Positions 17,724 through 27,814 of a DNA stretch of 64,000 nucleotides are shown here, piece after piece. Source of the stretch: Methanobacteriota archaeon (GTDB lineage Archaea > Thermoplasmatota > Poseidoniia > Poseidoniales > Poseidoniaceae); contig WTJK01000017.1 in assembly GCA_011524855.1 (NCBI GenBank), positions 13,054 to 77,053 of the forward strand, read 5' to 3'. A model generated the notes under the pieces. The model was given only the letters and a program-made list of their open reading frames with translations, did no database searches and was not told where the DNA came from. The position numbers were made by a program, and so were the translations under genes. Position 1 is the stretch's first letter. Each line of letters starts with the position of its first letter.

Positions 17724-20053
17724 GAACGGATGCGTTGACCCCGCGCCGGGATGGAACCATGTCGCGCAACGTGAATCCTACAACGCCCCCCGACCCACAT
17801 CGCCTTCGCCTCGGAACGCCAAAAGCAAAGGCGGCGGGCGTTGCAGCCGCCGTATCGTCGTTGTATCACGGCATCACGAAGATGGGTGTGAGCAAGACGG
17901 TCAAAACCCTCCGGACGGTGAATCAACACGAAGGCTTTGATTGCCCTGGATGCGCATGGCCGGACCCTGAACACCGGACAGCGTTCGAATTTTGTGAAAA
18001 CGGTGCCAAGGCGGTGGCAGATGAATCCATGGCAGCCCGGGTGGACGCAGATTTCTTTGCGCGTCATTCGGTTCATGACCTCTCAACTTGGTCTGACCAT
18101 CGTCTGAATCGGGCTGGACGGCTCGCGCAGCCCATGTATCTCGCAGCTGGAGCCGACCGATACGCACCCATCGAATGGGATGCGGCGCTGGATATGATCA
18201 CTCAACATCTGAACGCCATGGCATCACCCGAACGCGGCGTGTTCTACACCTCCGGGCGCACGAGCAACGAGGCTGCGTTTCTGTACCAGGCCATGGTACG
18301 GGGCCTCGGTACCAACAATCTTCCAGATTGCTCAAACATGTGCCATGAGTCGAGCGGAAAAGGCCTCGGTCAAACCATCGGCATCGGCAAGGGAACGGTT
18401 AGCCTCGAGGATTTTAACCACGCGGACTTGATCATGGTCATCGGACAAAATCCCGGGACCAACCACCCCCGAATGTTGACCGCACTGCGTGATGCCAAAC
18501 ATCGTGGCACACGCATCATCCATGTCAATCCGCTCCCAGAAGCAGGATTGACGGCGTTCAAACATCCCCAAGATTACATGAAGGCAAACTTTGGTTCCAC
18601 AACCCTCGCAGACCTCCATCTCCCTGTTCGCATCGGCGGGGATGCAGCCCTGTTGAAGGGGCTCATGAAAATCATGCTCCGGGACGGAACGCTTGATTCG
18701 ACGTTCATCAACGAGAAGACCACCGGCTTTGATGCGCTGGTTGCCTCACTGGCTGATGAACAATGGTCAACACTGGAACATGAATCAGGACTTTCACGCG
18801 CTCAGATGGAGCAAGCCGGCCGTATGGTGGTGGCCTCCAAAGCGACCATCGCTTGTTGGGCCATGGGGCTGACCCAACACCGCAACGGGGTTGCGGTCAT
18901 TCAAGAAGTGGTCAACTTGTTGCTGATGGGGGGTCACATCGGCCGACCTGGCGCAGGACTGTGTCCCGTTCGCGGGCATTCCAACGTCCAAGGTGATCGA
19001 ACGGTTGGCATTTGGGAAGCGCCCACAGAAACCTTCCTGCAACGAATGGAGGAAGGGCTTGGATTTGCAATGCCTTCGAGCCATGGTTACGACGTCGTGC
19101 GTTCAATTGAAGCGATGCTCGAGGACAAAGTGGATGTGTTCTTCTGCATGGGAGGGAACTTCCTCTCGGCCACACCGGACACCAAACTGACGGCTTCAGC
19201 ACTCAACCGAGTTGGCCTCACGGTTCAGGTTTCGACAAAACTGAACCGTTCTCACTTGGTGACGGGTCATGAAGCACTCATTTTGCCCTGCTTGGGCCGA
19301 ACGGAAATTGACGTGCAGGCCAACAACGAACAGTTCGTGACCGTTGAAAATTCCATGGGCATGGTTCACACCTCCGTGGGGGGGTTGCGACCTGCCTCTC
19401 CTCATCTCAAGAGTGAACCTTGGATCGTCGGTCAACTCGCCCATCGCTGCCTGCCCGATTCTCCCTTGCCTTGGCTTGAACTGATCGAGGATTACGACCG
19501 AATTCGCGACTTGATGTCCGTCTGCTTGGCGGGTTTTGATGCGTACAACGAACGGGTGCGCCAGCCCAACGGCTTTGCGTTGCCCAACCCTCCACGGGAT
19601 GATCGGCGTTTCGAGACGCCCGATGGAAAAGCACACTTCACCGTGCATCCTCGACCCAACCTCGAGGTTGGCGCTGAACGGTTTGTACTGATGACCCTCC
19701 GAAGCCACGACCAGTACAACACCACCATTTACGGCTTGCACGATCGGTATCGAGGCATACACGGCAACCGTCGTGTGCTGATGATGAACGCTGAAGACAT
19801 GGTTGAAAGGGGTTGGAAGGCACGAACCAACGTGAACATCACAAGCCACTTTGAAGGCGAAGAACGTCATTCTTCATCTTGGCTCCTCGTTCCTTACGAG
19901 ATTCCGCGAGGAAACCTTGCAGCCTATTTCCCTGAAGCCAATGAATTGGTGCCGTTGCGGTCCACAGCAGCCTTGTCCAACACACCCACCTCGAAGTGGG
20001 TGGTCGTTTCGCTGAAGGCGGCAGGAGACGCTGCCAACGGGGAAGAAGAATGA
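17720..20053 (+). CDS. Molybdopterin-dependent oxidoreductase alpha subunit, FdhF/YdeP-like.
   Basis: 'FDCPGCAWPDP' is the YdeP-family Cys motif. The MopB fold has 'CSNMCHESSG'. It lies directly downstream of fdhD. Confidence 0.7.
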   Translation: MRTDALTPRRDGTMSRNVNPTTPPDPHRLRLGTPKAKAAGVAAAVSSLYHGITKMGVSKTVKTLRTVNQHEGFDCPGCAWPDPEHRTAFEFCENGAKAVADESMAARVDADFFARHSVHDLSTWSDHRLNRAGRLAQPMYLAAGADRYAPIEWDAALDMITQHLNAMASPERGVFYTSGRTSNEAAFLYQAMVRGLGTNNLPDCSNMCHESSGKGLGQTIGIGKGTVSLEDFNHADLIMVIGQNPGTNHPRMLTALRDAKHRGTRIIHVNPLPEAGLTAFKHPQDYMKANFGSTTLADLHLPVRIGGDAALLKGLMKIMLRDGTLDSTFINEKTTGFDALVASLADEQWSTLEHESGLSRAQMEQAGRMVVASKATIACWAMGLTQHRNGVAVIQEVVNLLLMGGHIGRPGAGLCPVRGHSNVQGDRTVGIWEAPTETFLQRMEEGLGFAMPSSHGYDVVRSIEAMLEDKVDVFFCMGGNFLSATPDTKLTASALNRVGLTVQVSTKLNRSHLVTGHEALILPCLGRTEIDVQANNEQFVTVENSMGMVHTSVGGLRPASPHLKSEPWIVGQLAHRCLPDSPLPWLELIEDYDRIRDLMSVCLAGFDAYNERVRQPNGFALPNPPRDDRRFETPDGKAHFTVHPRPNLEVGAERFVLMTLRSHDQYNTTIYGLHDRYRGIHGNRRVLMMNAEDMVERGWKARTNVNITSHFEGEERHSSSWLLVPYEIPRGNLAAYFPEANELVPLRSTAALSNTPTSKWVVVSLKAAGDAANGEEE

Positions 20054-21303
20054 CGCAAACGTCGTACATCTCACTCGTGAGAAACAACGCATCGTTTCGG
20101 CGATTGTGGCTCGCTGCCGTCGTGTCCATGCTCGGCGAGTGGTTCAACACCATCGCCTTGTTTCTCCTCATCTTGACCTACACGGAAAGCGAGTGGTTGC
20201 TCGGTGTTCTCTTCACCGTACGAATGGCTGGGTTTGCCCTCCTCCAACCGTTCATCGGGATGATGGCTGATCGGTTTTCTCGGAAGATGCTGATGATCGT
20301 GTCCAACCTTGCCCAAGCTGTGCTTGCGCTGTGTTTCCTGTTGGTTGACGGCCCGGAAGACATCGTGTGGATGATCGGTTTGTCCGGCGTGATGATGATT
20401 CTTCACGGCGTCTACATGACAGCAGAGCGTGCATCCATTCCAAACGTTGTGAGTGAAGAAGAATTGGCGACTGCCAATGCCTTGGATGCTGCATCGTGGT
20501 CCACTGCCCTTTGCATCGGTGCGATGTTGGGTGGCTTGGTGGTCTCTGCGTGGGGAACAGAGGCGGCCTTCATCATTGATTCCTTGACCTTCTTGTTTGG
20601 CACCGTGCTCCTCCTCAAACTGAACCTTCCACAAACCATAGAGGATGTTGCTGAAGCAGGTTGGGTTCGAACAGCGTTTGGCAACATCAAACGAGGATTT
20701 CAACGAATTCGCTCCGAACCGCGCCTGTACCGCATCGTCTTTGCCAAGGCATCATGGAACATTGCAGGGGGTGGCTTGGCCGGTGTCTATTTGGTCTTGC
20801 TTGGCAACGACGTCGATGGGTTTGGTGCCGCTTTTGGTTTCGGGTTGTTCTTCTTCGCTCGTGGCATTGGTACCGGCATCGGTCCGATCATTGCGAGAAA
20901 CCTGTTCACCGATCAAAGCCGGTGGCCGTCACTCATCGGCAAACTCATCGTGTGTTCCGGTTTGCTTTACTTCCTCGTGGGGTGGTCCGTTGGTGGCGCC
21001 CTTTGGGTCACGGTTGTGCTTGTTATCCTCGCTCACAGCGCAAGCGGTGCAAACTGGGTGTTGTCAACCATCATGGTCCAACAATGGGTGGAGGACGAGG
21101 TCCGCGGGCGTGTCTTCTCGGCAGACATGTTGGTCCTCTCGGTGGCCTTTTCGATTTCATCGAGTTTAGCAGGCTACCTGATGGAGTCCAACACGTTCAA
21201 CGTACAGCAAGGCATCATGGTGTATGCCGTCGTCATGGTCGCCTCGGGAGTCTTGTTTACGGTCTGGCGCCCGGATGTGCGCCATCAGGCCGTAGCGGCT
21301 TGA
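20050..21303 (+). CDS. MFS-family transporter.
   Basis: About 12 predicted TM helices. 'GMMADRFSRK' resembles the MFS loop 2-3 motif. The ATG overlaps the upstream stop. Confidence 0.6.
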   Translation: MTQTSYISLVRNNASFRRLWLAAVVSMLGEWFNTIALFLLILTYTESEWLLGVLFTVRMAGFALLQPFIGMMADRFSRKMLMIVSNLAQAVLALCFLLVDGPEDIVWMIGLSGVMMILHGVYMTAERASIPNVVSEEELATANALDAASWSTALCIGAMLGGLVVSAWGTEAAFIIDSLTFLFGTVLLLKLNLPQTIEDVAEAGWVRTAFGNIKRGFQRIRSEPRLYRIVFAKASWNIAGGGLAGVYLVLLGNDVDGFGAAFGFGLFFFARGIGTGIGPIIARNLFTDQSRWPSLIGKLIVCSGLLYFLVGWSVGGALWVTVVLVILAHSASGANWVLSTIMVQQWVEDEVRGRVFSADMLVLSVAFSISSSLAGYLMESNTFNVQQGIMVYAVVMVASGVLFTVWRPDVRHQAVAA

Positions 21304-23237
21304 AGACAGCGTTCATGCGTGCACACGGGTGGCGTGAAATATCGTCGCTCGTCCGGGTCAAAGGTGTCGAGTTGCAGCGTTGATGTCGACCCCTCTTGGA
21401 CCGACACGATGGCCGATGTACTGGCGGGAAGGTAGTCCTCACCGGTCGAGGCCAACGTCAAGCGGAGCGTGTGGCCTTCAGGGATTTCAGCGTCCAGTGG
21501 CAAGAATTCCATCTTGGCGTTGATGGTGTCCAGCAACGGCAGCCAGGTTTGGATGGTGTCACCTCCAGCATGGTATCGCAAGTCCATGATGGCGTGTCCA
21601 ACATGGATGCAATTGTCGCTGGGATTGCAGTCCTCGAGCAAGGCATACAGTTGGCCACCCACTGCGCTGGTTGACACATCCACGTGCAAACGTGGCACAC
21701 CGGCGAGGTACATGGTGGTGGAGAGGGGTTCAGACTGCCAAACGGGGCCGGAGGATGCGTCGGGGAGGACCGTCAGCGACCCACCGACAAGGGTCATGTC
21801 ATTGCCGAGTTCCATGGACACCACCGTAACATCGGAAGGTGGATAGCGTTCTTCAAGGCGCCAGCTGCCCTGATTGGATTGAATTTCAATCCATTGGCCG
21901 GGCTGTGGGCCGATGTTTTTCAGATAATAGTCGAACCATTCCAACAAATCCTGCATCCAATCAAAGCGTACCATCTCTGGGAAGGCCTCGCCGCCTCGTC
22001 CACCAAGGTCCGAACGATCGTCCAGTTGCACCGGACGGTCCGGGTAATCGTGGTCCCATTGACCAAACAACCCTTTGGCCTCAATGCCGGCGTCGATGAG
22101 CGCATTCATGGTTGGCACGGCCATGTGCGGATCAACGTTCCAGTCGTGCATGCCTTGAATCAAGTACACGCTTCCGGTGTAATGCTCCAACACCCTGTCG
22201 AGGAAGAATCGCTCCTCCCAGTAGGTTCCGGCAACTTCGGACCCAAAGACATAGGCCGACACACCGGTTCCTGGTCCGAGGATGTAATCCGGGCAGATGT
22301 TTTGGTAATCCTCCTCATCACCGTCCAAACCATAACTTCCGTACACCCCGTTGTGCATGATGGGTGCTCGGGCCTCGGCCGATCCGTTTCGCCACATCAA
22401 TTCCTTGACGCCGATGAGACCGGAAATCGGTACGATGGTTTTCAGATAATCGTGCTCGGCACCAAACATCGCCGCTTGCCACGGCGTGCTGCCGTCGTAG
22501 GATTTACCGATCAAGGCCACGGCCCCGTTGGACCACGGTTGTTCACCGAGCCAGCGCACGGCCGCGTCGTTTCCGAGTTGTTCGGCCGTTCCCATCAGGT
22601 CCATGCAGTGGTTTGAGCGACCGGTGCCGGCCACAGATACCTGTGCGAAAGCGTAGCCATGCGGGAGGATTTGGTCGATGATCATTTGACCCAACCAGCT
22701 GCCGGGGACCTCAATGGTCGGCGTCTGGACGCTAGGTTCCTGGAAATAGGGACCGATCTCAGCGATCACCGGGACGGTCACGCCCTCTGGAACGTTTGGC
22801 CGCCACACAGCGAGACTGATGAGTCCATTGGGAGCTGCACCGCCCTCCTCGATGGGCAGGACGTACTCAACAAACGTGTGGGTTGAATTCCATTCGTTGT
22901 CGGTCGGGAGGACGCTGTAAGGACCGACTTCAAGAGCAACGCCAAATTCACCCGACGTCTGGTAGGGTTGATCGGCTCGTTCCCAAACGGGAACACGGGC
23001 ACCACGGGAATCGTCGTCACCGTCGATGATGGACAGCACGGCGTTGTTAAGCACGGCTGAGGCAAACAAAAAGGCCAGTGCGACCGCCACGGTCGCCCCA
23101 AGAACGGCATTGAATTCCGTGGAGGCTTGACGAAGTGTTGAGCCTGATGAACCCTCTTCCACACGATGCACCCGTGTTGGCCTAGCGTTCCCGTTTTTTG
23201 AGGTTGTGGACCGACCGTTCGTAAGTCCATGCAACAA
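21285..23237 (-). CDS. Membrane-anchored secreted alpha/beta hydrolase, X-Pro dipeptidyl-peptidase (S15/CocE-NonD)-like.
   Basis: N-terminal signal-anchor, then 'VALIGKSYDGSTPW' (GxSYxG nucleophile motif). The size and layout fit the CocE/NonD family. Confidence 0.5.
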   Translation of the reverse strand: MLHGLTNGRSTTSKNGNARPTRVHRVEEGSSGSTLRQASTEFNAVLGATVAVALAFLFASAVLNNAVLSIIDGDDDSRGARVPVWERADQPYQTSGEFGVALEVGPYSVLPTDNEWNSTHTFVEYVLPIEEGGAAPNGLISLAVWRPNVPEGVTVPVIAEIGPYFQEPSVQTPTIEVPGSWLGQMIIDQILPHGYAFAQVSVAGTGRSNHCMDLMGTAEQLGNDAAVRWLGEQPWSNGAVALIGKSYDGSTPWQAAMFGAEHDYLKTIVPISGLIGVKELMWRNGSAEARAPIMHNGVYGSYGLDGDEEDYQNICPDYILGPGTGVSAYVFGSEVAGTYWEERFFLDRVLEHYTGSVYLIQGMHDWNVDPHMAVPTMNALIDAGIEAKGLFGQWDHDYPDRPVQLDDRSDLGGRGGEAFPEMVRFDWMQDLLEWFDYYLKNIGPQPGQWIEIQSNQGSWRLEERYPPSDVTVVSMELGNDMTLVGGSLTVLPDASSGPVWQSEPLSTTMYLAGVPRLHVDVSTSAVGGQLYALLEDCNPSDNCIHVGHAIMDLRYHAGGDTIQTWLPLLDTINAKMEFLPLDAEIPEGHTLRLTLASTGEDYLPASTSAIVSVQEGSTSTLQLDTFDPDERRYFTPPVCTHERCLQAATA

Positions 23238-23263
23238 CCCTCAAAGGCATCGGACGATGACAG

Positions 23264-25303
23264 ATGAGCATGGCACATGATTGGGGGCCGCTTCGACAAT
23301 CCATTCTCGAAGGCATCCCGGAACATCTTCCACCATCAACGCCCCTGGACTCGAGCGTTGACCATGCCCCCGCCCGAAAACAAGTCCTCTCGAACGAGGA
23401 GAAACACTTGGCCGTGTGCAATGCGCTGCGATACATTCCACCTGCTCACCACGAGGTTTTGTACCCCGAATTTATGGATGAATTGGAGACCTTCGGTCGG
23501 ATTTTGATGCGACGCTATCGCCCCACCGAACATCCGATGCGAGCCCACCCGATCAACGCATATCCAGCCAAGTCGCCCCAAGCCGCTGCCATCATGCTCA
23601 TGATTCAAAACAACCTTGACCCCGATGTTGCTCAATTTCCACATGAATTGATCACGTACGGCGGAAACGGTTCCGTGTTCCAAAACTGGGCCCAATATCG
23701 ATTGGCCATGAAGTACCTCAGCGAGATGGATGAGGACCAAACGTTGGTCATGTACTCGGGCCACCCCATGGGTTTGTTTCCTTCCTCGCCTGAAGCACCG
23801 AGGGTGGTGGTGACCAACGGGATGGTGATTCCCAACCACTCCTCGCCTACGGATTATGAGCGCATGAATGCCCTTGGCGTCACACAGTACGGCCAAATGA
23901 CGGCGGGGTCGTACATGTACATTGGCCCGCAGGGAATTGTGCACGGGACCACCATCACGCTGTTGAACGCAGCGCGAATGCACCTCGGCCTCGACGATGA
24001 CGCAACGTTGGCCGGCGTCACCTTCGTCACCAGCGGGTTGGGCGGCATGTCCGGTGCCCAAGCCAAAGCTGCGACCATCGCTGGGGCGGCGTGCATCATT
24101 GCCGAAGCCAACGCCCATGCGGCACACAAGCGACATGAACAGGGATGGTTGACCGATGTTACGGACGACGTGGACCAAGCCATCGATCTCATGACCGAGG
24201 CAGCGAGCACGGGTCAAACGATTTCAGTTGGCTACATCGGCAACATCGTTCGTCTTTGGGAACGGCTGGTTGAGCGGAACGTGAAGGTGGACCTGGGCAG
24301 CGACCAGACCAGTTTGCACAATCCTTTCCAGGGAGGCTATTTCCCGGTTGACCGCTCCTTTGAGGCCTCGACCGTGATGATGTCGTCCGACCCCGAAGCC
24401 TTTGAGGATGCTGTCCGCGCAACGCTCCGTCGGCACGCAGATGCCATCAACACCATGGTCAGCCGCGGGATGTACTTTTGGGATTACGGCAATGCCTTTC
24501 TCTTGGAGGCCTCTCGAGCGGGCGCCGATGTCCTTTCAGCCGATGGTTCGTTCCGATACCCGAGCTACGTGGAGGACATCATGGGGCCGTTGTGCTTTGA
24601 CTACGGTTTCGGGCCATACCGATGGATTTGTACCAGCGGGCTGGCATCGGATTTAGAAGAAACCGACCGCATTGCGGAATCGGTGTTGGTCGCCATGCTC
24701 GAGGAAGCGCCTCCCGACATTCGTCGCCAAATTCAAGACAACCTCATTTGGATCCGGCAAGCAGGGAGCAACTCCCTGGTCGTCGGGAGCCAAGCTCGGA
24801 TCCTCTACGCCGATGACGAGGGTCGTCGACGTATCGCACAAGCCATGAATCAAGCCGTTCGAGACGGCCGGTTGGACGGGCCGGTGGTCCTTGGTCGCGA
24901 CCACCATGACGTGTCCGGGACCGACAGCCCCTACCGTGAAACAGCGAACATTCGAGACGGGTCGATGTTTACGGCGGACATGGCCGTGCAGAACGTGATT
25001 GGCGACGCCTTCCGAGGTGCAACATGGGTCAGCATCCACAACGGCGGCGGTGTTGGTTGGGGTGAAGTGATGAACGGCGGGTTTGGATTGTTGCTGGACG
25101 GCTCTACCGAGGCCGATCGTAAACTCGACAGCATGCTTCATTGGGATGTGAACAACGGTGTTGCACGCCGAGCTTGGGCACGAAACCCCGGTGCGGAGTT
25201 TGCGATTCGCCGAGCCATGGAGGCCAACGACCGATTGACCGTCACCATGCCCCATCACGTCGAGGAACAGGTGTTTCGGCAACACGGAGGGCGTCTGTCT
25301 TGA
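23264..25303 (+). CDS. hutU: Urocanate hydratase (urocanase).
   Basis: Long archaeal/eukaryal-type urocanase with conserved 'GGMSGAQ' and 'HNGGGVGWGEV' regions. Adjacent to hutH. Confidence 0.9.
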   Translation: MSMAHDWGPLRQSILEGIPEHLPPSTPLDSSVDHAPARKQVLSNEEKHLAVCNALRYIPPAHHEVLYPEFMDELETFGRILMRRYRPTEHPMRAHPINAYPAKSPQAAAIMLMIQNNLDPDVAQFPHELITYGGNGSVFQNWAQYRLAMKYLSEMDEDQTLVMYSGHPMGLFPSSPEAPRVVVTNGMVIPNHSSPTDYERMNALGVTQYGQMTAGSYMYIGPQGIVHGTTITLLNAARMHLGLDDDATLAGVTFVTSGLGGMSGAQAKAATIAGAACIIAEANAHAAHKRHEQGWLTDVTDDVDQAIDLMTEAASTGQTISVGYIGNIVRLWERLVERNVKVDLGSDQTSLHNPFQGGYFPVDRSFEASTVMMSSDPEAFEDAVRATLRRHADAINTMVSRGMYFWDYGNAFLLEASRAGADVLSADGSFRYPSYVEDIMGPLCFDYGFGPYRWICTSGLASDLEETDRIAESVLVAMLEEAPPDIRRQIQDNLIWIRQAGSNSLVVGSQARILYADDEGRRRIAQAMNQAVRDGRLDGPVVLGRDHHDVSGTDSPYRETANIRDGSMFTADMAVQNVIGDAFRGATWVSIHNGGGVGWGEVMNGGFGLLLDGSTEADRKLDSMLHWDVNNGVARRAWARNPGAEFAIRRAMEANDRLTVTMPHHVEEQVFRQHGGRLS

Positions 25304-26853
25304 CCAAATCAACGGTTTACGTTGACGGCGTCACACTGACGGTGACAGATGTGATGATGGTGGCTCATCGTGGTATGCAGGTGGAGGTTTCTGAAGATGC
25401 TTGGCCCAAGATTCATGCTGCCCGCGCCGTGGTCGACCGGATCGTCGCGAACAACGAAACCGTTTACGGCATCAACACCGGCTTCGGTGCATTGGTGCAT
25501 CAGCGCATCTCTCCGGACGATCTCGCTCAACTCCAAGTCAACCTGATCCGTTCTCATGCCACTGCCATCGGTCCAACCATGTCGGTGCCTGAGGTTCGAG
25601 CCATGATGTTGATTCGCTTGAATTCTCTTTGCAAAGGCCACTCTGGCGTGCACCCCGATGCCATTCAGCAACTGGTCTTGTTTCTCAACGAGGGCCTCCA
25701 CCCCGAAGTTCCACGGATCGGCAGCCTGGGTGCGAGCGGCGACCTTGCACCGTTGTCTCACCTTGCACTTGCGTTAATCGGAGAGGGACGGCTGGTGACA
25801 GAGGGCGGTGAAATTCGACCCACCAAAGAGGTGCTGTATGAACGAGGTGTGCTTCCACTCCAGCTCACGGCAAAAGACGGGTTGTCGCTCATCAATGGAA
25901 CCTCCCAAATGTCCGCCTACATGGCGACATCCGTTGCTCGACTGTCCGAATTGCTCGTGCTTGCTGACGTGGTGCTGGCGATGTCCATGGAAGCCCGTCA
26001 GTGCAGTTTAACACCGTTTCGAGAAGAAGTCCACAACGTTCGCCCACATACCGGACAGCGGATCGTTGCGCAGCGCGTTCGCACGATGCTTGATGGCTCC
26101 CCCATCATGGCAGGCCATGCTGATTGCGATCGCGTCCAAGACCCTTACTCCTTCCGATGCGCGCCCCAGGTCCATGGTGCGGTTTACGAGTCGTTCCTTG
26201 ACGTGCAACGAACCATTGACGTTGAGTTGAACAGCACCACGGACAACCCGCTCATTTTCCCGACCCCCGACCAGCCGGGCTCTCACGAAGTCGTGAGTCA
26301 GGGCAACTTCCATGGTGAAGTGCTCGCCATCCGAGCGGACCAGATGGCCTTGGGATTGTTTGAATTGGCCTCGATCAGCGAACGTCGGATGGACCAAATG
26401 TTGGACCGGTCCCGCAGCGGTCTCCCCGCGTTTTTGGCAAAAAATTCTGGGCTCGAATCCGGATTGATGATTGTGCAATACGTCGCAGGAGCATCGCTTG
26501 CTGAACTGCGCGGTCACGCCTCGCCAAGGTCAGCGTTCTCGACGTCGACATCCGCCGGCCAAGAAGACCATGTCAGTTTGGGGGCAACGGCCAATCACAA
26601 CCTTCTGGTGGCCACGGAGCGTTTGGCGGAGGTTCTCGCATGCGAAGCCCTCATCGCCTCAGAAGCTCTGACACACCAGCCCGTCCAACCGGTGGGCCAT
26701 GTCGCAGGTATGGTTGACTTGGTGCGAGCGATTGCTCCGCCTCTCAATGGGGATCGGAGTACCTCAGACGAACTCATCTCCATCGCCCAAGCCATGACGG
26801 GCGGGGGCTGGCTGGCTCGCCTTGAAGCTGAACACGGTCGCCTACCTCGATGA
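25300..26853 (+). CDS. hutH: Histidine ammonia-lyase.
   Basis: 'GSLGASGDLAPLSHLA' is the Ala-Ser-Gly MIO-forming motif. A TTG start overlaps the hutU stop (TTGA). The ORF-track start at 25141 is probably too far upstream. Confidence 0.9.
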   Translation: MTKSTVYVDGVTLTVTDVMMVAHRGMQVEVSEDAWPKIHAARAVVDRIVANNETVYGINTGFGALVHQRISPDDLAQLQVNLIRSHATAIGPTMSVPEVRAMMLIRLNSLCKGHSGVHPDAIQQLVLFLNEGLHPEVPRIGSLGASGDLAPLSHLALALIGEGRLVTEGGEIRPTKEVLYERGVLPLQLTAKDGLSLINGTSQMSAYMATSVARLSELLVLADVVLAMSMEARQCSLTPFREEVHNVRPHTGQRIVAQRVRTMLDGSPIMAGHADCDRVQDPYSFRCAPQVHGAVYESFLDVQRTIDVELNSTTDNPLIFPTPDQPGSHEVVSQGNFHGEVLAIRADQMALGLFELASISERRMDQMLDRSRSGLPAFLAKNSGLESGLMIVQYVAGASLAELRGHASPRSAFSTSTSAGQEDHVSLGATANHNLLVATERLAEVLACEALIASEALTHQPVQPVGHVAGMVDLVRAIAPPLNGDRSTSDELISIAQAMTGGGWLARLEAEHGRLPR

Positions 26854-27729
26854 GGTCCTGCTCAAGATGCTGGCGGATGTTTCATCAACATCAACGAGGT
26901 TGAACAAGCGATACGACCAGCGTTCCAATTCCGCAACGGTGAACACGTCCGTTGAGGCGTGCAGGTGCAACAGGGCTTCGGTTGCTGTACGGATGCGCTC
27001 TTCCACCGCCTGGTAAGTGGCGTACGCTTCGTCGTTGTTGCTCATGCTCAGGGCCGGTTCAAGTTCGGTGAGATCGAACCCCATACGACGCCACTGAAGC
27101 ATACGTTTTGACAGCAGACCTCGGTGAAACCCCAATTTCGGTAAGGAAACGAGTTGGGCCAGCACAGGTTGGTGAACTTCATGCTCGCTGATCGACTGAG
27201 GTTGTCCTTCGACCGGTGCGATCTTGTTGCTCGTGGATGGTTTTGGTGAGCTGGGTTCGTTGACCGTTGAGGCGATGAGGGGGGACATACGCATCCAAAC
27301 ATTGGATGGAAAGGTCAGCGGGTCGAGCACGAGATGGATTGAAAGCCGGTGGAGTTGGCTTAATTCCGTGAGCCATGCCATCAATGCAAACACGGGAACC
27401 GGCCCTTCTTCATCAAACACCGCATCAAGGCCTTCGAGGATGACCACGCCTTCGTTGTGCTCTGGCGCCCATGAACCCAGGGAAGCCCGTATCGCATCCG
27501 TTGACGGGAAGACCGAATCGTTGGTTTCGAGGTGCGTCAGCCACCGAAACGTGGTCATGTGCGGGCTCAAATGGCGAAGCAGCCTTCGCGTGGGTGAACG
27601 GCTGAGAATGAGGCGGGGTCGACCTTCTTCCACGGACAATTCGTCGTAGATGACCATCAGTTTGTCAAAGCGAGTGATGTGAAGGGCGTTCACCGTGCCC
27701 GCCGTCACCACCATGGTTGACGATGGCAA
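26842..27729 (-). CDS. DUF835-like domain protein (N-terminal DUF835-like domain plus an uncharacterised C-terminal domain).
   Basis: 'FRWLTHLE...GVVILEGLDAVFDEEGPVPVFALMAWLTEL...LVLDP' resembles the DUF835 pattern. It is divergent from the EF-hand protein gene. Confidence 0.35.
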   Translation of the reverse strand: MPSSTMVVTAGTVNALHITRFDKLMVIYDELSVEEGRPRLILSRSPTRRLLRHLSPHMTTFRWLTHLETNDSVFPSTDAIRASLGSWAPEHNEGVVILEGLDAVFDEEGPVPVFALMAWLTELSQLHRLSIHLVLDPLTFPSNVWMRMSPLIASTVNEPSSPKPSTSNKIAPVEGQPQSISEHEVHQPVLAQLVSLPKLGFHRGLLSKRMLQWRRMGFDLTELEPALSMSNNDEAYATYQAVEERIRTATEALLHLHASTDVFTVAELERWSYRLFNLVDVDETSASILSRTSSR

Positions 27730-27814
27730 GTCCTGTCTAAAGAAATACCTCCGACAGTGCCACGCCCGTCAAGGATTATATCCGAAGTGGTCCTCCTCGC
27801 CTTTGGGTGCTCTG

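Noticed and set aside
25141-25299. An upstream TTG start for hutH as given in the ORF track (a 53-aa N-terminal extension overlapping the hutU 3' end).
   Set aside because: The extension is Cys/Arg-rich and unlike HutH N-termini. An in-frame TTG overlapping the hutU stop (TTGA) gives a canonical HutH N-terminus.
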